A stretch of 64,000 nt of DNA from an uncultured Spirochaetota bacterium (GTDB lineage: Bacteria; Spirochaetota; Brevinematia; Brevinematales; JAOACQ01), in assembly GCA_963768055.1 (NCBI GenBank), contig CAVYGN010000002.1, forward strand, positions 160,001 to 224,000, in the 5' to 3' direction. The translations under genes and the position numbers were made by a program. The stretch's first letter is position 1. Each line of letters opens with the position of its first letter. Positions 27,758 through 37,380 of the stretch are shown here, piece by piece. The notes beneath the pieces are model-generated. The model had not been told where the DNA came from, made no database searches, and saw nothing but the letters and a program-made list of their open reading frames with translations.

Positions 27758-29473
27758 GTGGAATTTTTACTCATTGCAGCAGCTCTTTTATTTTTAGTCG
27801 GGTATTACCTGTTCCATTCGATGCAGGATTTGAAGATTAAAAGGGCCGAAAAGGCCGTACAGACCGGCGATCTTGAAACCGCCCTCAGCATCTTCATGGA
27901 ATCTTTGAAAAAAAACCCTAACGATATAGACGCCTTGTGGCATCTTGGAAACATAAACGAGGAAAAAAAGCAATATCCCGAAGCCATCGGATATTACAGC
28001 AAGCTCATTGAATTAAACAAGGAGAGCAAGTTTTTTACCATTTATGAATTGTACAGAAGGGTCGGATTACTATACAGGGCGATAGACAGGGACCAGGACG
28101 CCCTTGATTTTCTCATGCAGGCGTATAATTTAATGCAGTCCTCAAAGGAAGTCCTTGAATCCATCGCTTCAATCATATTTTCCCAGAAGTATTTCCACAG
28201 GGCTATCCCTTATTTTGAAAAAGCCTATCAATTCCTTAAAAATAAGCCGGATTTTCTTAAAAATTACGGACTCTGCCTTATTATGGCCGAACATTTTAGT
28301 GAATCCGTAAATCTTCTGGAAGAATCCTCAAGGCTCGAAAGCCATGATTACCAGACCAGGTACATACTTGCCTATGTTTATTTTCATACAGGGGCATTTC
28401 AAAAATCAAGGGAATTGCTGGAGGATATAGTCAATTCTGAAAGAATGTCGCTTAACAGCGAACAAGTGTATTTCGCGATTAAGATCCTTTTTTTAATCTA
28501 TCTTGAGGATAAGAACTACGAGATTTCAAGGCAGCTCGTGGCCCAGCTCCAGAATCTCAACGACAATAACCTGAAAAGTGAACTTCTGAATGAGGAAATC
28601 GATATGGCGTATATTTTCTTCAGGGTCCAACAGGGATATTATGACATGGCGCTTGAGAACATAAGCAAGAATATCAAATTTAAGGACGATATTGAGGATT
28701 TGAGCGACGATGAAATTCAGCGGGTCAAAGAAAACAGCAGCCATCTTTATGAAATGGTCTCCTCCCTCGACAAATATAAAAAGGAAAGGGAAAAAACTAT
28801 CTTAACGGGAAATAGGGCAAAGCAGGAACTGGACTTCGCGACCCTTGAATCCAAGGCTCAGTCGGCATCTAAAGAACTGGCCTCCATGTTTACGGAATGG
28901 AAAGATAAATTTATACCATCAGGGACAATATGGGAATTTTTTGCCCCGAAGAGAAAATCGGAATTCGATCCGACAATCATACTTGATAAATACGCCGAGG
29001 AAAGCGCTCAATCGCTTCGGAAGAAGTCCGCCCCCGTTATAACAGGTTCCATTGTAACGAATACGACTCCGGAAAAGGCCGAAGAAGACCTCTGTGAAGT
29101 TTTTCTTTCGGCTGATTTTCCCCGTTTCCTTGAAATGTCGATGAAACTGGTTGAAAATATGGGTTTTAAAGTTATAAACCAGGCGGTAAAGATCGATCCC
29201 CTCGCCTACTCCGAGGGCAAGGCTATAGATGTTCTCTGCGAGGAAAAGTATCAGCGGGATTCGAGGGTCCTGTTCTGCGTCCGCAGGTGGAAAGAACCCA
29301 TCGGTTATCTCAGCATTCAGCCCGTCGTTCAATCCCTTAAAGCATTACAGGCGTCCCGCCTTGTTATTGTTTCAACTTCAACCCTCTCCCCGGAAGCGGG
29401 CAGGGCTCTCGAAGGCAACCCGAATCTTCAGTTTTTTCTCTGTGACGAGGTGGCCGATCACTTCCGCGGTTAA
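27758..29473 (+). CDS. Membrane-anchored TPR protein with a C-terminal Mrr-like (restriction-endonuclease fold) domain
   Basis: N-terminal TM, many TPRs, F......L...MGF.V...IDV....LFCVRRW..PIG...VST..LS.EA. Confidence 0.75.
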   Translation: MEFLLIAAALLFLVGYYLFHSMQDLKIKRAEKAVQTGDLETALSIFMESLKKNPNDIDALWHLGNINEEKKQYPEAIGYYSKLIELNKESKFFTIYELYRRVGLLYRAIDRDQDALDFLMQAYNLMQSSKEVLESIASIIFSQKYFHRAIPYFEKAYQFLKNKPDFLKNYGLCLIMAEHFSESVNLLEESSRLESHDYQTRYILAYVYFHTGAFQKSRELLEDIVNSERMSLNSEQVYFAIKILFLIYLEDKNYEISRQLVAQLQNLNDNNLKSELLNEEIDMAYIFFRVQQGYYDMALENISKNIKFKDDIEDLSDDEIQRVKENSSHLYEMVSSLDKYKKEREKTILTGNRAKQELDFATLESKAQSASKELASMFTEWKDKFIPSGTIWEFFAPKRKSEFDPTIILDKYAEESAQSLRKKSAPVITGSIVTNTTPEKAEEDLCEVFLSADFPRFLEMSMKLVENMGFKVINQAVKIDPLAYSEGKAIDVLCEEKYQRDSRVLFCVRRWKEPIGYLSIQPVVQSLKALQASRLVIVSTSTLSPEAGRALEGNPNLQFFLCDEVADHFRG

Positions 29474-29490
29474 AAAAACAACCACCCGGG

Positions 29491-29517
29491 TGAAATAAAA
29501 ATCATTTCCTTTCGTCT
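29491..29517 (+). promoter_or_regulatory. Candidate ECF-type autoregulatory promoter
   Basis: TGAAAT-N16-CGTCT immediately upstream of an ECF sigma gene. Confidence 0.5.
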
Positions 29518-29543
29518 TAATAATCAGGACCGGTAAAATAAAT

Positions 29544-30104
29544 ATGAAAAGCGGGCTCAATATTACTAAAAGCATAATCGATTTTTTCAAGTCCCAGAAG
29601 GGCAAGATCCTGCATTTTATAAGAAAAAACCTGAGGGATAGCGCTGAACGGGACGCCGAAGATATTCTACAGGATGTAATGCTTTATATACTCGAATATG
29701 CCGACCCGGCCGTCCCGATCGAGAACCTCACGGCTTATATATACAAATCGATCAGGAACAGGATCATAGATCAGTACAGGAAACCTAAAAAAACCCTGTC
29801 CCTTGACGAACCTTACAACGGCGAAGATACTCCGGCATTTTCGGAGATATTGTCGGATTTGAGCTACGACACTCATAACGAGGTGGAAAGAAAAGAAATA
29901 ATGGAACGGCTATATAAGGCCCTGGATGCCCTGCCTGCCGAACAAAAGGCCGTATGGTCGGCAGTAGAACTTGAAGGCTGGCATTTTGAGGAGCTGTCTT
30001 TACTATGGGAAGAACCCATAGGCACGCTCCTGGCGAGAAAATTCAGGGCCACAGCCGCGCTTAGAAAAAAGCTTAGCGACCTGATAATATATAATATAAA
30101 TTAA
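29544..30104 (+). CDS. ECF sigma factor
   Basis: DAEDILQDV, YIY..IRNRIID.YRK, LP.EQK.V....LEG..FEELS....PIGTLLARK. Confidence 0.92.
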   Translation: MKSGLNITKSIIDFFKSQKGKILHFIRKNLRDSAERDAEDILQDVMLYILEYADPAVPIENLTAYIYKSIRNRIIDQYRKPKKTLSLDEPYNGEDTPAFSEILSDLSYDTHNEVERKEIMERLYKALDALPAEQKAVWSAVELEGWHFEELSLLWEEPIGTLLARKFRATAALRKKLSDLIIYNIN

Positions 30105-30114
30105 GGAGGAAGAT

Positions 30115-30567
30115 ATGCCTGATTTTAAAGGATATCACTATCACCATGGAGGGCCCGCCTATGCGATCAGGGCAATCATGAGCGTGATCATAATGATTAT
30201 ATTCGCGTTGATATTCGGCTACGTAGTCCAGCTGCTATGGAACTGGCTCATGCCCGGCCTGTTCAGCCTTAAACAGATAGGCTACTGGGAAGGTTTCGGA
30301 ATAGTAATCTTGGCGCGTATACTATTCGGCTCCTTTTTACCCCATCCTTCTCCACATGAAAATTGGCGGGCAAGAAGTTATTTTAGGCAAATGGCAAGGG
30401 ATGAAGATTTCATGAAGGGAAACGACAGGTGGAAAAAATGGAAATTTTACGGGGATTACTGGAAGGAAGAAGGCAGGGAGGCTTTCAAAAAATATGTCGA
30501 AAGGCATGAAGGGGAAACTACGGGAAATGAATATAAAGAGAATGAGACTAATGAAGGCGATAAATAA
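30115..30567 (+). CDS. Membrane protein co-encoded with the ECF sigma factor
   Basis: AAGGAGG RBS; VQLLWNWLMPGLF.L..I.YW..FG..IL..ILFG. Confidence 0.75.
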   Translation: MPDFKGYHYHHGGPAYAIRAIMSVIIMIIFALIFGYVVQLLWNWLMPGLFSLKQIGYWEGFGIVILARILFGSFLPHPSPHENWRARSYFRQMARDEDFMKGNDRWKKWKFYGDYWKEEGREAFKKYVERHEGETTGNEYKENETNEGDK

Positions 30568-30582
30568 AGCCTTCAGACAAGC

Positions 30583-30606
30583 GGGGCTGCCTTTTTAGAC
30601 AGCCCC
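30583..30606. terminator. Hairpin between convergent genes (bidirectional terminator candidate)
   Basis: GGGGCTGCC-TTTTT-AGACAGCCCC; close in sequence to the 41421 hairpin. Confidence 0.6.
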
Positions 30607-30912
30607 TCAGTCATGTAAAAGTATGTCTGTTTTAAAAGAAACAATCTTGTCCGGATGAAAACTCTCTATTAAATTAAAAACATTTGATAAAACTTTTTGC
30701 AGGTAAGATGAATCCCCCGATATCGCCGCGACCGCTAACCTGGCCCTCGGGGTGACTTCTTCCGTTTCCGTGATTTCGGATATGCTGACATTGAATCTTT
30801 TTTTAACCATATCCTTGATGCTTCTGAGTACGTTCCGCCGTTCCTTTATTGTTTCCCGGTAAGGTATCGACATATCGATAGATAGAATTCCTATATACAT
30901 AATGCAGCTCAA
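30607..30912 (-). CDS. DUF503 (YlxP-like) protein
   Basis: IKERRNVLRSIKD.VKKRFNVSISE. Confidence 0.85.
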   Translation of the reverse strand: MSCIMYIGILSIDMSIPYRETIKERRNVLRSIKDMVKKRFNVSISEITETEEVTPRARLAVAAISGDSSYLQKVLSNVFNLIESFHPDKIVSFKTDILLHD

Positions 30913-32315
30913 GCGTCTTTCAAAAATGCTTTATAAGCCCTGTAAGTCTCATAAAGATCGCCCTTACTCACCACTTCGAAGGGAGAATGCATTCCATCCA
31001 CCCCGACTCCGCAATCCACGACTGATATTCCCCTATCGGCTAAATACATCGCCACAGTCCCGCCGCCGCCTTCGTCAACCTTTCCAAGGACGCTGGGCTG
31101 CCATACTACTCCATTATCGTTAAAAATCTTCCTGACCTTTGCCATAAGTTCGGCTGAGGCATCGCTTGCGCCATATTTTCCCCTCGAACCCGTATATTTT
31201 TCCAGAAGGACGCCGTAACCCATTTTCGGAGCGTTTGTAGAATCAAAAACGTCTTTGAACATAGGGTTTATAACCGCACCCACATCCCCCGAAATACAGA
31301 ACGATTTTTCAAGCGTTTTCCTCAATTCAGATTCCCTGTATTCGGGGTATCCAAGACCCAGAACACTCCCTACGGAGTTATATAGAAACATGGAGCGAAT
31401 TCCTGTAATTCCGTAAGAACCTATTTCTTCTTTATCCACGAGCAGGGACATTATCGTCCTTTCAGGGACGCCGGTATAATCTATCACCGAACGGAAAGCG
31501 GCGTAGCTGCAGGACCTGTCGTCATGCCCATATGCGCCCACCATGCTCCTGTCAAAACCAACGTCGCGCGCTTTGTAAGCCGGTACGATCTCGATTTCGG
31601 CGGATATAAAATCCTCTTCGGTCAGGCCGTATTGCTCGTTTAAAATCTGGAGTGTCATTGCTTTTACTTTATCCTGAACTTCATTATCCCTGGATGGAAT
31701 GTTGCCTATAAGTACCTTCAGGTTTTCGCCGTCAATGCCGTCCAGGAGCTTTTTCTCGCCCTGGATCTTGCCCGCGAGGTGCGGAAGTATATCGTTTATA
31801 GTGAAAACCGGGTCATTCTCATCCTCCCCCAGGGAGAGGTCAAGAGACTCGCCGTTTGTTTTAATGATCGTTCCATGGATTGCGAGGGGCATATTCAACC
31901 ACTGGTACTTTTTGATCCCCCCGTAGTAATGTGTTTTTAAAAGCGCCATGTCCGAATCCTCGACTACAGGGAGAGGTTTAAGGTCAAGCCTAGGTGCGTC
32001 TATATGCGAAGCTATCATGTTGAAGCCGTTCTTAACTTCTGCCCGGCCTATAATCACAAGAAGAATATTTCGGTTTCCGTTTTTAATAATTATCCTTTCA
32101 CCAGGTTCATATTTTACGGATTCCAGGCCCTTGAAACCTGTTTTTAACGCCTCGCTTTCAATAAATCTCACACACTCCCTTTCCGTTTTACATTCGCTCA
32201 TGAATTTCTTGTAATCGGCCGCAAAGTCGAATATGACGTTCTTATTAGTATCGCTCGCTTTTGTCCAGACGCTTTTTCTTTCATATCCGAATGGAGATTT
32301 TTTAGGCTCAGGCAT
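30909..32315 (-). CDS. M18 aspartyl aminopeptidase (ApeA-like)
   Basis: SHIDAPRLDLKP, THYYGGIKKYQW, YGHDDR, DKEEIGS, GGGGTVA, MHSPFE. Confidence 0.93.
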   Translation of the reverse strand: MPEPKKSPFGYERKSVWTKASDTNKNVIFDFAADYKKFMSECKTERECVRFIESEALKTGFKGLESVKYEPGERIIIKNGNRNILLVIIGRAEVKNGFNMIASHIDAPRLDLKPLPVVEDSDMALLKTHYYGGIKKYQWLNMPLAIHGTIIKTNGESLDLSLGEDENDPVFTINDILPHLAGKIQGEKKLLDGIDGENLKVLIGNIPSRDNEVQDKVKAMTLQILNEQYGLTEEDFISAEIEIVPAYKARDVGFDRSMVGAYGHDDRSCSYAAFRSVIDYTGVPERTIMSLLVDKEEIGSYGITGIRSMFLYNSVGSVLGLGYPEYRESELRKTLEKSFCISGDVGAVINPMFKDVFDSTNAPKMGYGVLLEKYTGSRGKYGASDASAELMAKVRKIFNDNGVVWQPSVLGKVDEGGGGTVAMYLADRGISVVDCGVGVDGMHSPFEVVSKGDLYETYRAYKAFLKDA

Positions 32316-32410
32316 ATCTGTCCTCCGTTCAATGAGAAATATATTCGATTATTTTAAATCAACGGACTGCAAATTGCAAAGAAAGTCCGGAAAAATAGGA
32401 AATTCCCATA

Positions 32411-32439
32411 TTGACAATTATTTTTAAGCCCGTTAAAAT
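32411..32439 (+). promoter_or_regulatory. sigma70 promoter
   Basis: TTGACA-17-TAAAAT upstream of 32485. Confidence 0.65.
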
Positions 32440-32484
32440 CAATTAATATTCAAGGGCGCGACGACCGCGAAGGGGGAGTGCGAT

Positions 32485-33849
32485 ATGTTTTTTAAAATTT
32501 TTCTCTACTCAACCCTTTTTATCTGCCTTTTTGTACCGGCTATTCATTCCCAGGAGACCGCAAAAAGGGAAAAGGTCCTGATCCTTCCTTTCAGGAACGA
32601 GTCGGATACGAAGCAGTACGTCAATTCGGGTATTTTCCAGGAAATATTTTCGCGTTCGTTCTATACATTCATAAGCATCCTTCCGGTTATAGACGTTCCG
32701 GATATGGGGAAAACCCGCAGCCTTTCCATATCATCATCCAATGTACAGGACTACGCCGACCTGGAAAAGGCAAGGATTATTATCTACGGCAGCTACCGCT
32801 TTTACGGAGTTAAGACAAATCCTAAGATCATGGCGATGCTTACAGCTTACGACGGAGTCGGAAGGACTAACATCTTCAATAAAACTTATGAAACTACGAC
32901 CGCCACGGAGGTATTCGACGATATTGACACCATGATCTCCGAGGTTATGAAAGCCGCCCTGAATATCGATGTTAAAAATATAGCCGCCATACACTTCAAG
33001 AATTTCAGAATTGCTTCGGAAACATACCTGCTTTATATCAACAACCGTCTCATAGCTACCCCTACGAATACAAACTTTTCGCTTACCCTGAAAGTCATGC
33101 CCGAAACGAACTATTCAATCGTACTCAAGCAGGAGGAAGGGGATAGGACGGTACTGGAAACGGATGTAAGGCTTCCCCTGAACGGTTCTACAAATATCAG
33201 CTACACCGGATATGGTGTCATCAGGATAGAGGAAATAGCCCGGAAAGACCGGGCAAAGTCTTACAGCCTCTCCTTTGACGGAAAGCAGATCCCGGAGAAC
33301 AGCGTTTTTTCGAATGTTCCCACGGATGTTACACACAGCGTGGTCCTTGTGGAAGACCTTACAAATACTATTTTTTCTACTAATTTCGACCTTTATGACA
33401 GCCAGTACATCGACGTCAGGCCGGAAGCCAACGGTTTCTTTCCCCTTCATGCCAAGCTGATCTCCCTGGATTACGATATAGTAACCCTGGTCGGCCAGTA
33501 TTTCCCCTTCGACCGGTACTTCTGGGTGGGCGCCGGGTGCGGGCTTTATGTTTTCGCCGATACGGTCTATCAATTATATTATGTATCCCCGCTTATTGAA
33601 ATAGGCTATTACTTTATCGGCGATATGGACCGTAATTTCCGCCTCGGAGCGGGGCTGATCGGACGGGCCAATTACGTCTTATCCCCTGAAACTATCCCCG
33701 AAGGAGTATCCCCGTCGGTATTCAATATCGGGGTTTTCATAACTTTCGACGCCTGGTTCCTGACCGTCCAGCCCGAATGCTACGTTTACTGGGACGATAG
33801 CGGCAAGATTAATGGCTCGTTTTGCATTGCAATGGGTGTTCATTTTTAA
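32485..33849 (+). CDS. Secreted protein: CsgG/TolB-N-like N-terminus, beta-rich middle, probable C-terminal beta-barrel
   Basis: Signal peptide, VLILPFRN, IIYGSY; amphipathic C-terminal strands ending MGVHF. Confidence 0.65.
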   Translation: MFFKIFLYSTLFICLFVPAIHSQETAKREKVLILPFRNESDTKQYVNSGIFQEIFSRSFYTFISILPVIDVPDMGKTRSLSISSSNVQDYADLEKARIIIYGSYRFYGVKTNPKIMAMLTAYDGVGRTNIFNKTYETTTATEVFDDIDTMISEVMKAALNIDVKNIAAIHFKNFRIASETYLLYINNRLIATPTNTNFSLTLKVMPETNYSIVLKQEEGDRTVLETDVRLPLNGSTNISYTGYGVIRIEEIARKDRAKSYSLSFDGKQIPENSVFSNVPTDVTHSVVLVEDLTNTIFSTNFDLYDSQYIDVRPEANGFFPLHAKLISLDYDIVTLVGQYFPFDRYFWVGAGCGLYVFADTVYQLYYVSPLIEIGYYFIGDMDRNFRLGAGLIGRANYVLSPETIPEGVSPSVFNIGVFITFDAWFLTVQPECYVYWDDSGKINGSFCIAMGVHF

Positions 33850-33866
33850 TGAATAGGAGGGGCCAT

Positions 33867-34880
33867 ATGTTTAAAAGGGCTTTATCGCTAATCATCCGCT
33901 GTATCCTGCCGCTTTCGATATTCGCCTTGTTTTCATGCGAATGGCTCGCTCCTCCGGGGGTCTATGACAAGCTTCACAAGGGGTCGTCCTGGCACGAGGC
34001 GACGTCCAGCGCGGAGTTCTCATCAAGAGAAGCTCATACAAGCGTTGTCTTTAACAATAAAATGTGGGTCATCGGGGGGTATGGAGTAGGCGGCACCAAT
34101 AATGGATATCTCAACGACGTATGGTATTCATACGATGGGACTAACTGGTCCGAAGCTACTGCGAACGCTGGATTTTCTCCAAGAGCCGAGCATACAACCG
34201 TTGCCTTTAATAATAAAATTTGGGTGATCGGAGGTTATGCCACAACTAACCTTGATGATGTGTGGTATTCTAGCGATGGCGTAACCTGGGTACAGGAGCC
34301 GGCGAGCGGCATTGGGTTTTCAGCCAGATGTCTACATGCAAGCGTTGTCTTTAACAATAAAATGTGGGTCATCGGGGGGTACGACGGCACTAGCGACCTC
34401 AGCGACGTGTGGTATTCGACGGACGGGGCGAACTGGACGCAGGCGACGTCGAACGCAGTTTTCCCTTCAAGGGAGGGACACACCCTAGTGTCCACCAGCA
34501 GCGTAATATGGCTTGTCGGAGGATACAGCGACGCCAGCTACAACTATCTCAGCGACGTCTGGTATTCGGCCGACGGAAAAAACTGGTCGGAAGCGACGCA
34601 CAGTGCGTCGTTCGATTCGAGAACCCGCCACACAAGCGTTATCTTCAACTTTGAAAACGCCATGTGGGTCATCGGGGGATACGACATCAATGTCAACTCC
34701 GCTACCAACGACGTGTGGTATTCGCCCGACGGGACTAACTGGACGGAAGCTGCTTCGAGCGCAGGCTTCGACACGAGATACGCCCACACCAGCGTTGTCT
34801 TCAACAACGCAATGTGGGTGATAGGGGGGTACAACGACAACAATTACAGTTACTATAACGATGTATGGTATTCACAATAG
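33867..34880 (+). CDS. Kelch-like six-bladed beta-propeller lipoprotein
   Basis: Lipobox LFSC; six repeats of R..H.SVVFNN.MWVIGGY...DVWYS.DG.NW. Confidence 0.88.
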   Translation: MFKRALSLIIRCILPLSIFALFSCEWLAPPGVYDKLHKGSSWHEATSSAEFSSREAHTSVVFNNKMWVIGGYGVGGTNNGYLNDVWYSYDGTNWSEATANAGFSPRAEHTTVAFNNKIWVIGGYATTNLDDVWYSSDGVTWVQEPASGIGFSARCLHASVVFNNKMWVIGGYDGTSDLSDVWYSTDGANWTQATSNAVFPSREGHTLVSTSSVIWLVGGYSDASYNYLSDVWYSADGKNWSEATHSASFDSRTRHTSVIFNFENAMWVIGGYDINVNSATNDVWYSPDGTNWTEAASSAGFDTRYAHTSVVFNNAMWVIGGYNDNNYSYYNDVWYSQ

Positions 34881-34892
34881 GAGGATATTTTT

Positions 34893-35084
34893 ATGAGTGT
34901 AGAAAGTTACAAATGCAGGACTTGCGGAAGCACGGCAGAGGGAAATGACGGCAAGGCCCCTGTCTGCTGCGGGGAGCCGATGGAACTCCTCGACGTCTGC
35001 ACCGAAGCCCCTTCTGCAGAACATGAAAGACCATGGAACGAAGATAAACCCTGCGACGACGGAAGGGCCGGCAAGAGAATTTAG
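34893..35084 (+). CDS. Small Cys-rich protein with a desulforedoxin-like metal site
   Basis: GGAGG RBS; YKCRTCG...VCCGEPM, plus C....AEH.R....PCDDGR. Confidence 0.75.
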   Translation: MSVESYKCRTCGSTAEGNDGKAPVCCGEPMELLDVCTEAPSAEHERPWNEDKPCDDGRAGKRI

Positions 35085-35103
35085 GAAAGCGGGCGGTCCT
35101 TTT

Positions 35104-35622
35104 ATGAAATTTAATGAACTGATAAATATCCGTGAATCCGTCCGCTCTTATGACGAAAGCCGGACGGTATCAAGGGAAAAGCTGCTCCGGGTACTTGAAG
35201 CCGGAAGACTCGCCCCGTCTGCCGCAAATTACCAGCCCTGGAAATTCGTCCTGGTATCTTCGCCTGAAATGCTGAATAAAATCAGGCCTTGCTACAATAA
35301 ATCCTGGTTCCAAAAAGCCCCGCATATCCTTATTGTCAAGGGTAAACATTCAAAGGGATGGGTAAGGAAAATCGACGGCTATAATTTCCTGGAAACGGAC
35401 CTTGCAATCGCCATGACCCATATGATCCTGGCTGCGGCGGAAGAGGGATTGTGCACATGCTGGATAGCGAACTTCGATCCCGCAATTGTCAAAAAGGCGC
35501 TCGGCCTTGACGACGATGATATTCCCTTCTATGTCACGCCCCTGGGTTATCCCGAACCCGGTTATGTAGTAACAGGAATAAAGAACAGGAAAAAACTCGA
35601 GGAAATCGCCGTTTTTATTTGA
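35104..35622 (+). CDS. Nitroreductase family protein
   Basis: RESVRSY, GRLAPSAANYQPWKF, D.AIAMTHMILAA.EEGL.TCWI, LGYP. Confidence 0.93.
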   Translation: MKFNELINIRESVRSYDESRTVSREKLLRVLEAGRLAPSAANYQPWKFVLVSSPEMLNKIRPCYNKSWFQKAPHILIVKGKHSKGWVRKIDGYNFLETDLAIAMTHMILAAAEEGLCTCWIANFDPAIVKKALGLDDDDIPFYVTPLGYPEPGYVVTGIKNRKKLEEIAVFI

Positions 35623-35844
35623 TCCCCGGGATAAATCCATCCGCCCGCTTTACTTTTCTTAAGTTATTTCTTAAAATAATCACCCTAACAGGCTAATTTG
35701 GAGAATATGATGAATAAAGCAGAAATTAAGAGCCTTCAAAATGAAGCGAGAAAATTGCGCAGGAATATCAAACTTAGCAGCGGAGGCCGGCAAGATAATT
35801 CCAACCAGGAGCGCTTTTGGGTAAAGTAGAGCCCTCGGAAATAT

Positions 35845-36297
35845 ATGGAATTGAATGTTAGTTTTTTATCCCGGAATTCTGAAGAGACTTTAACGCTGGC
35901 CAGAAAACTTGCCTGCGAAAATTTGCCCCCGGGAAGCATATTCCTTCTGAAAGGGGAAGTCGGTTCCGGTAAAACGACATTTGTGAGGGGTTTCGTTTCT
36001 TCATGGGACCTGGACAGCCTTGTTACAAGCCCCACTTTCACTTTGATGAACGAATATTCGAATGATAAAATCAGGATCTGCCACTTCGACTTTTACAGGC
36101 TAAACAGCATGGAAGAGATCCTAGAGCTCGGCATTGAAGATTATCTGACAAGTTTCGATTATTCATTTATCGAATGGCCGGATATTGGAGAACCATTATT
36201 CAATTTCGATGCCATCAGGATAGATTTTAAAATGGGCGCAAATGAGAACGAGAGAATGATCCTTGTAAAATCTCAAGCAGGACTTTACAAAAGATAA
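35845..36297 (+). CDS. tsaE: tRNA threonylcarbamoyladenosine biosynthesis ATPase
   Basis: LKGEVGSGKTTF, VTSPTFTLMNEY, HFDFYRL, IEWP. Confidence 0.95.
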   Translation: MELNVSFLSRNSEETLTLARKLACENLPPGSIFLLKGEVGSGKTTFVRGFVSSWDLDSLVTSPTFTLMNEYSNDKIRICHFDFYRLNSMEEILELGIEDYLTSFDYSFIEWPDIGEPLFNFDAIRIDFKMGANENERMILVKSQAGLYKR

Positions 36298-36327
36298 CTA
36301 ATTGAATAGTTAAAAAGGAGGCTGGTT

Positions 36328-37209
36328 ATGGAAAAGATCCGACTGGGTGTTATAGGCGGGAGCGGGGTTTACGAACTTAAAAATTTAAAAATACTTGAAG
36401 AAAAGGGTTTATCTACTCCGTTCGGAGACCCCTCCGATAAAATAACCGTCGGCAGGGTCGGCGAAAGGCTCGTAGCCTTCCTGCCCCGGCATGGCAAGGG
36501 CCACCGCATTTTACCCGGAGAAGTTCCGGTCAAAGCTAATATATACGCATTAAAATCTTTGGGCGTAGAGAAAATAATTTCTATAAGCGCGGTAGGGAGT
36601 TTGAAAGAGGAGATAAGGCCGACCGATATTGTTCTTCCCTCCCAGATCATAGATAAAACAAAGTGCCGGGAATCGTCCTTTTTCGGAGGAGGGGTAGTCG
36701 GCCATATCTCATTCGCAGACCCCTTCTGCGTCAATATGAAGTCGCAGATCAGGGACATTGCACTTAAATATTTCTCCGACAATAAGCTTTCTAAAAAACT
36801 ATTTACCGATGAAACCTATGTATGCATGGAAGGGCCGCAGTTTTCGACAAGGGCGGAAAGCAATCTTCACAGGAGCTGGGGCGCCGGCGTTATCGGAATG
36901 ACGGCGATACCTGAAGCAAAGCTGGCCCGCGAGGCTGAAATGTGTTATGTGACAATAGCCCTCGCCACCGATTACGACTGCTGGAAGGAGGGAGAAGAGG
37001 GGGTCGGCATTTCAATGGTGCTGGAATATATGAGAGAAAATAATAAGACGATAAACGAACTGCTCCCGCTGATACTTGAACAAATACCTGTCGGGGACGA
37101 GTGCTCCTGCCAATCGGCGGCCAGGTACGCAATAATTACGGCAAGGGATCTGATCCCGCCGAAAATTAAAAAAAGCCTGGCTTTGTTATACGATAAATAC
37201 TGGAAGTAG
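36328..37209 (+). CDS. mtnP: S-methyl-5'-thioadenosine phosphorylase
   Basis: IGGSG, TPFGDPS, RHG.GH, EGPQFSTRAES, GMT..PEAKLAREAE, TDYDCW. Confidence 0.95.
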   Translation: MEKIRLGVIGGSGVYELKNLKILEEKGLSTPFGDPSDKITVGRVGERLVAFLPRHGKGHRILPGEVPVKANIYALKSLGVEKIISISAVGSLKEEIRPTDIVLPSQIIDKTKCRESSFFGGGVVGHISFADPFCVNMKSQIRDIALKYFSDNKLSKKLFTDETYVCMEGPQFSTRAESNLHRSWGAGVIGMTAIPEAKLAREAEMCYVTIALATDYDCWKEGEEGVGISMVLEYMRENNKTINELLPLILEQIPVGDECSCQSAARYAIITARDLIPPKIKKSLALLYDKYWK

Positions 37210-37217
37210 GAAAACGG

Positions 37218-37251
37218 ATTGGAACCACAGATTGCACAGATGGCACAGATT
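37218..37251 (+). repeat. Left CACAGAT-type terminal repeat (cassette C)
   Basis: ATTGGAAC-CACAGAT-TG-CACAGAT-GG-CACAGAT-T: three 9-nt-period units. Confidence 0.75.
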
Positions 37252-37380
37252 AATTATTTTGGAAGTATCGGTGAAATCATATTATAATAATGAAAAACAT
37301 GTTTGCATTGGCCACAAATAAATTACTGATATAGATATAACTAAATTGTATTGTTAATCTGTATTAAGGATGTTATTATT

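Noticed and set aside
34790..34880. Diversity-generating retroelement variable region (AAC/TAC-rich 3' end of the Kelch-like gene)
   Set aside because: No reverse transcriptase in the window and no template copy differing only at adenines; the similarity is explained by propeller repeats
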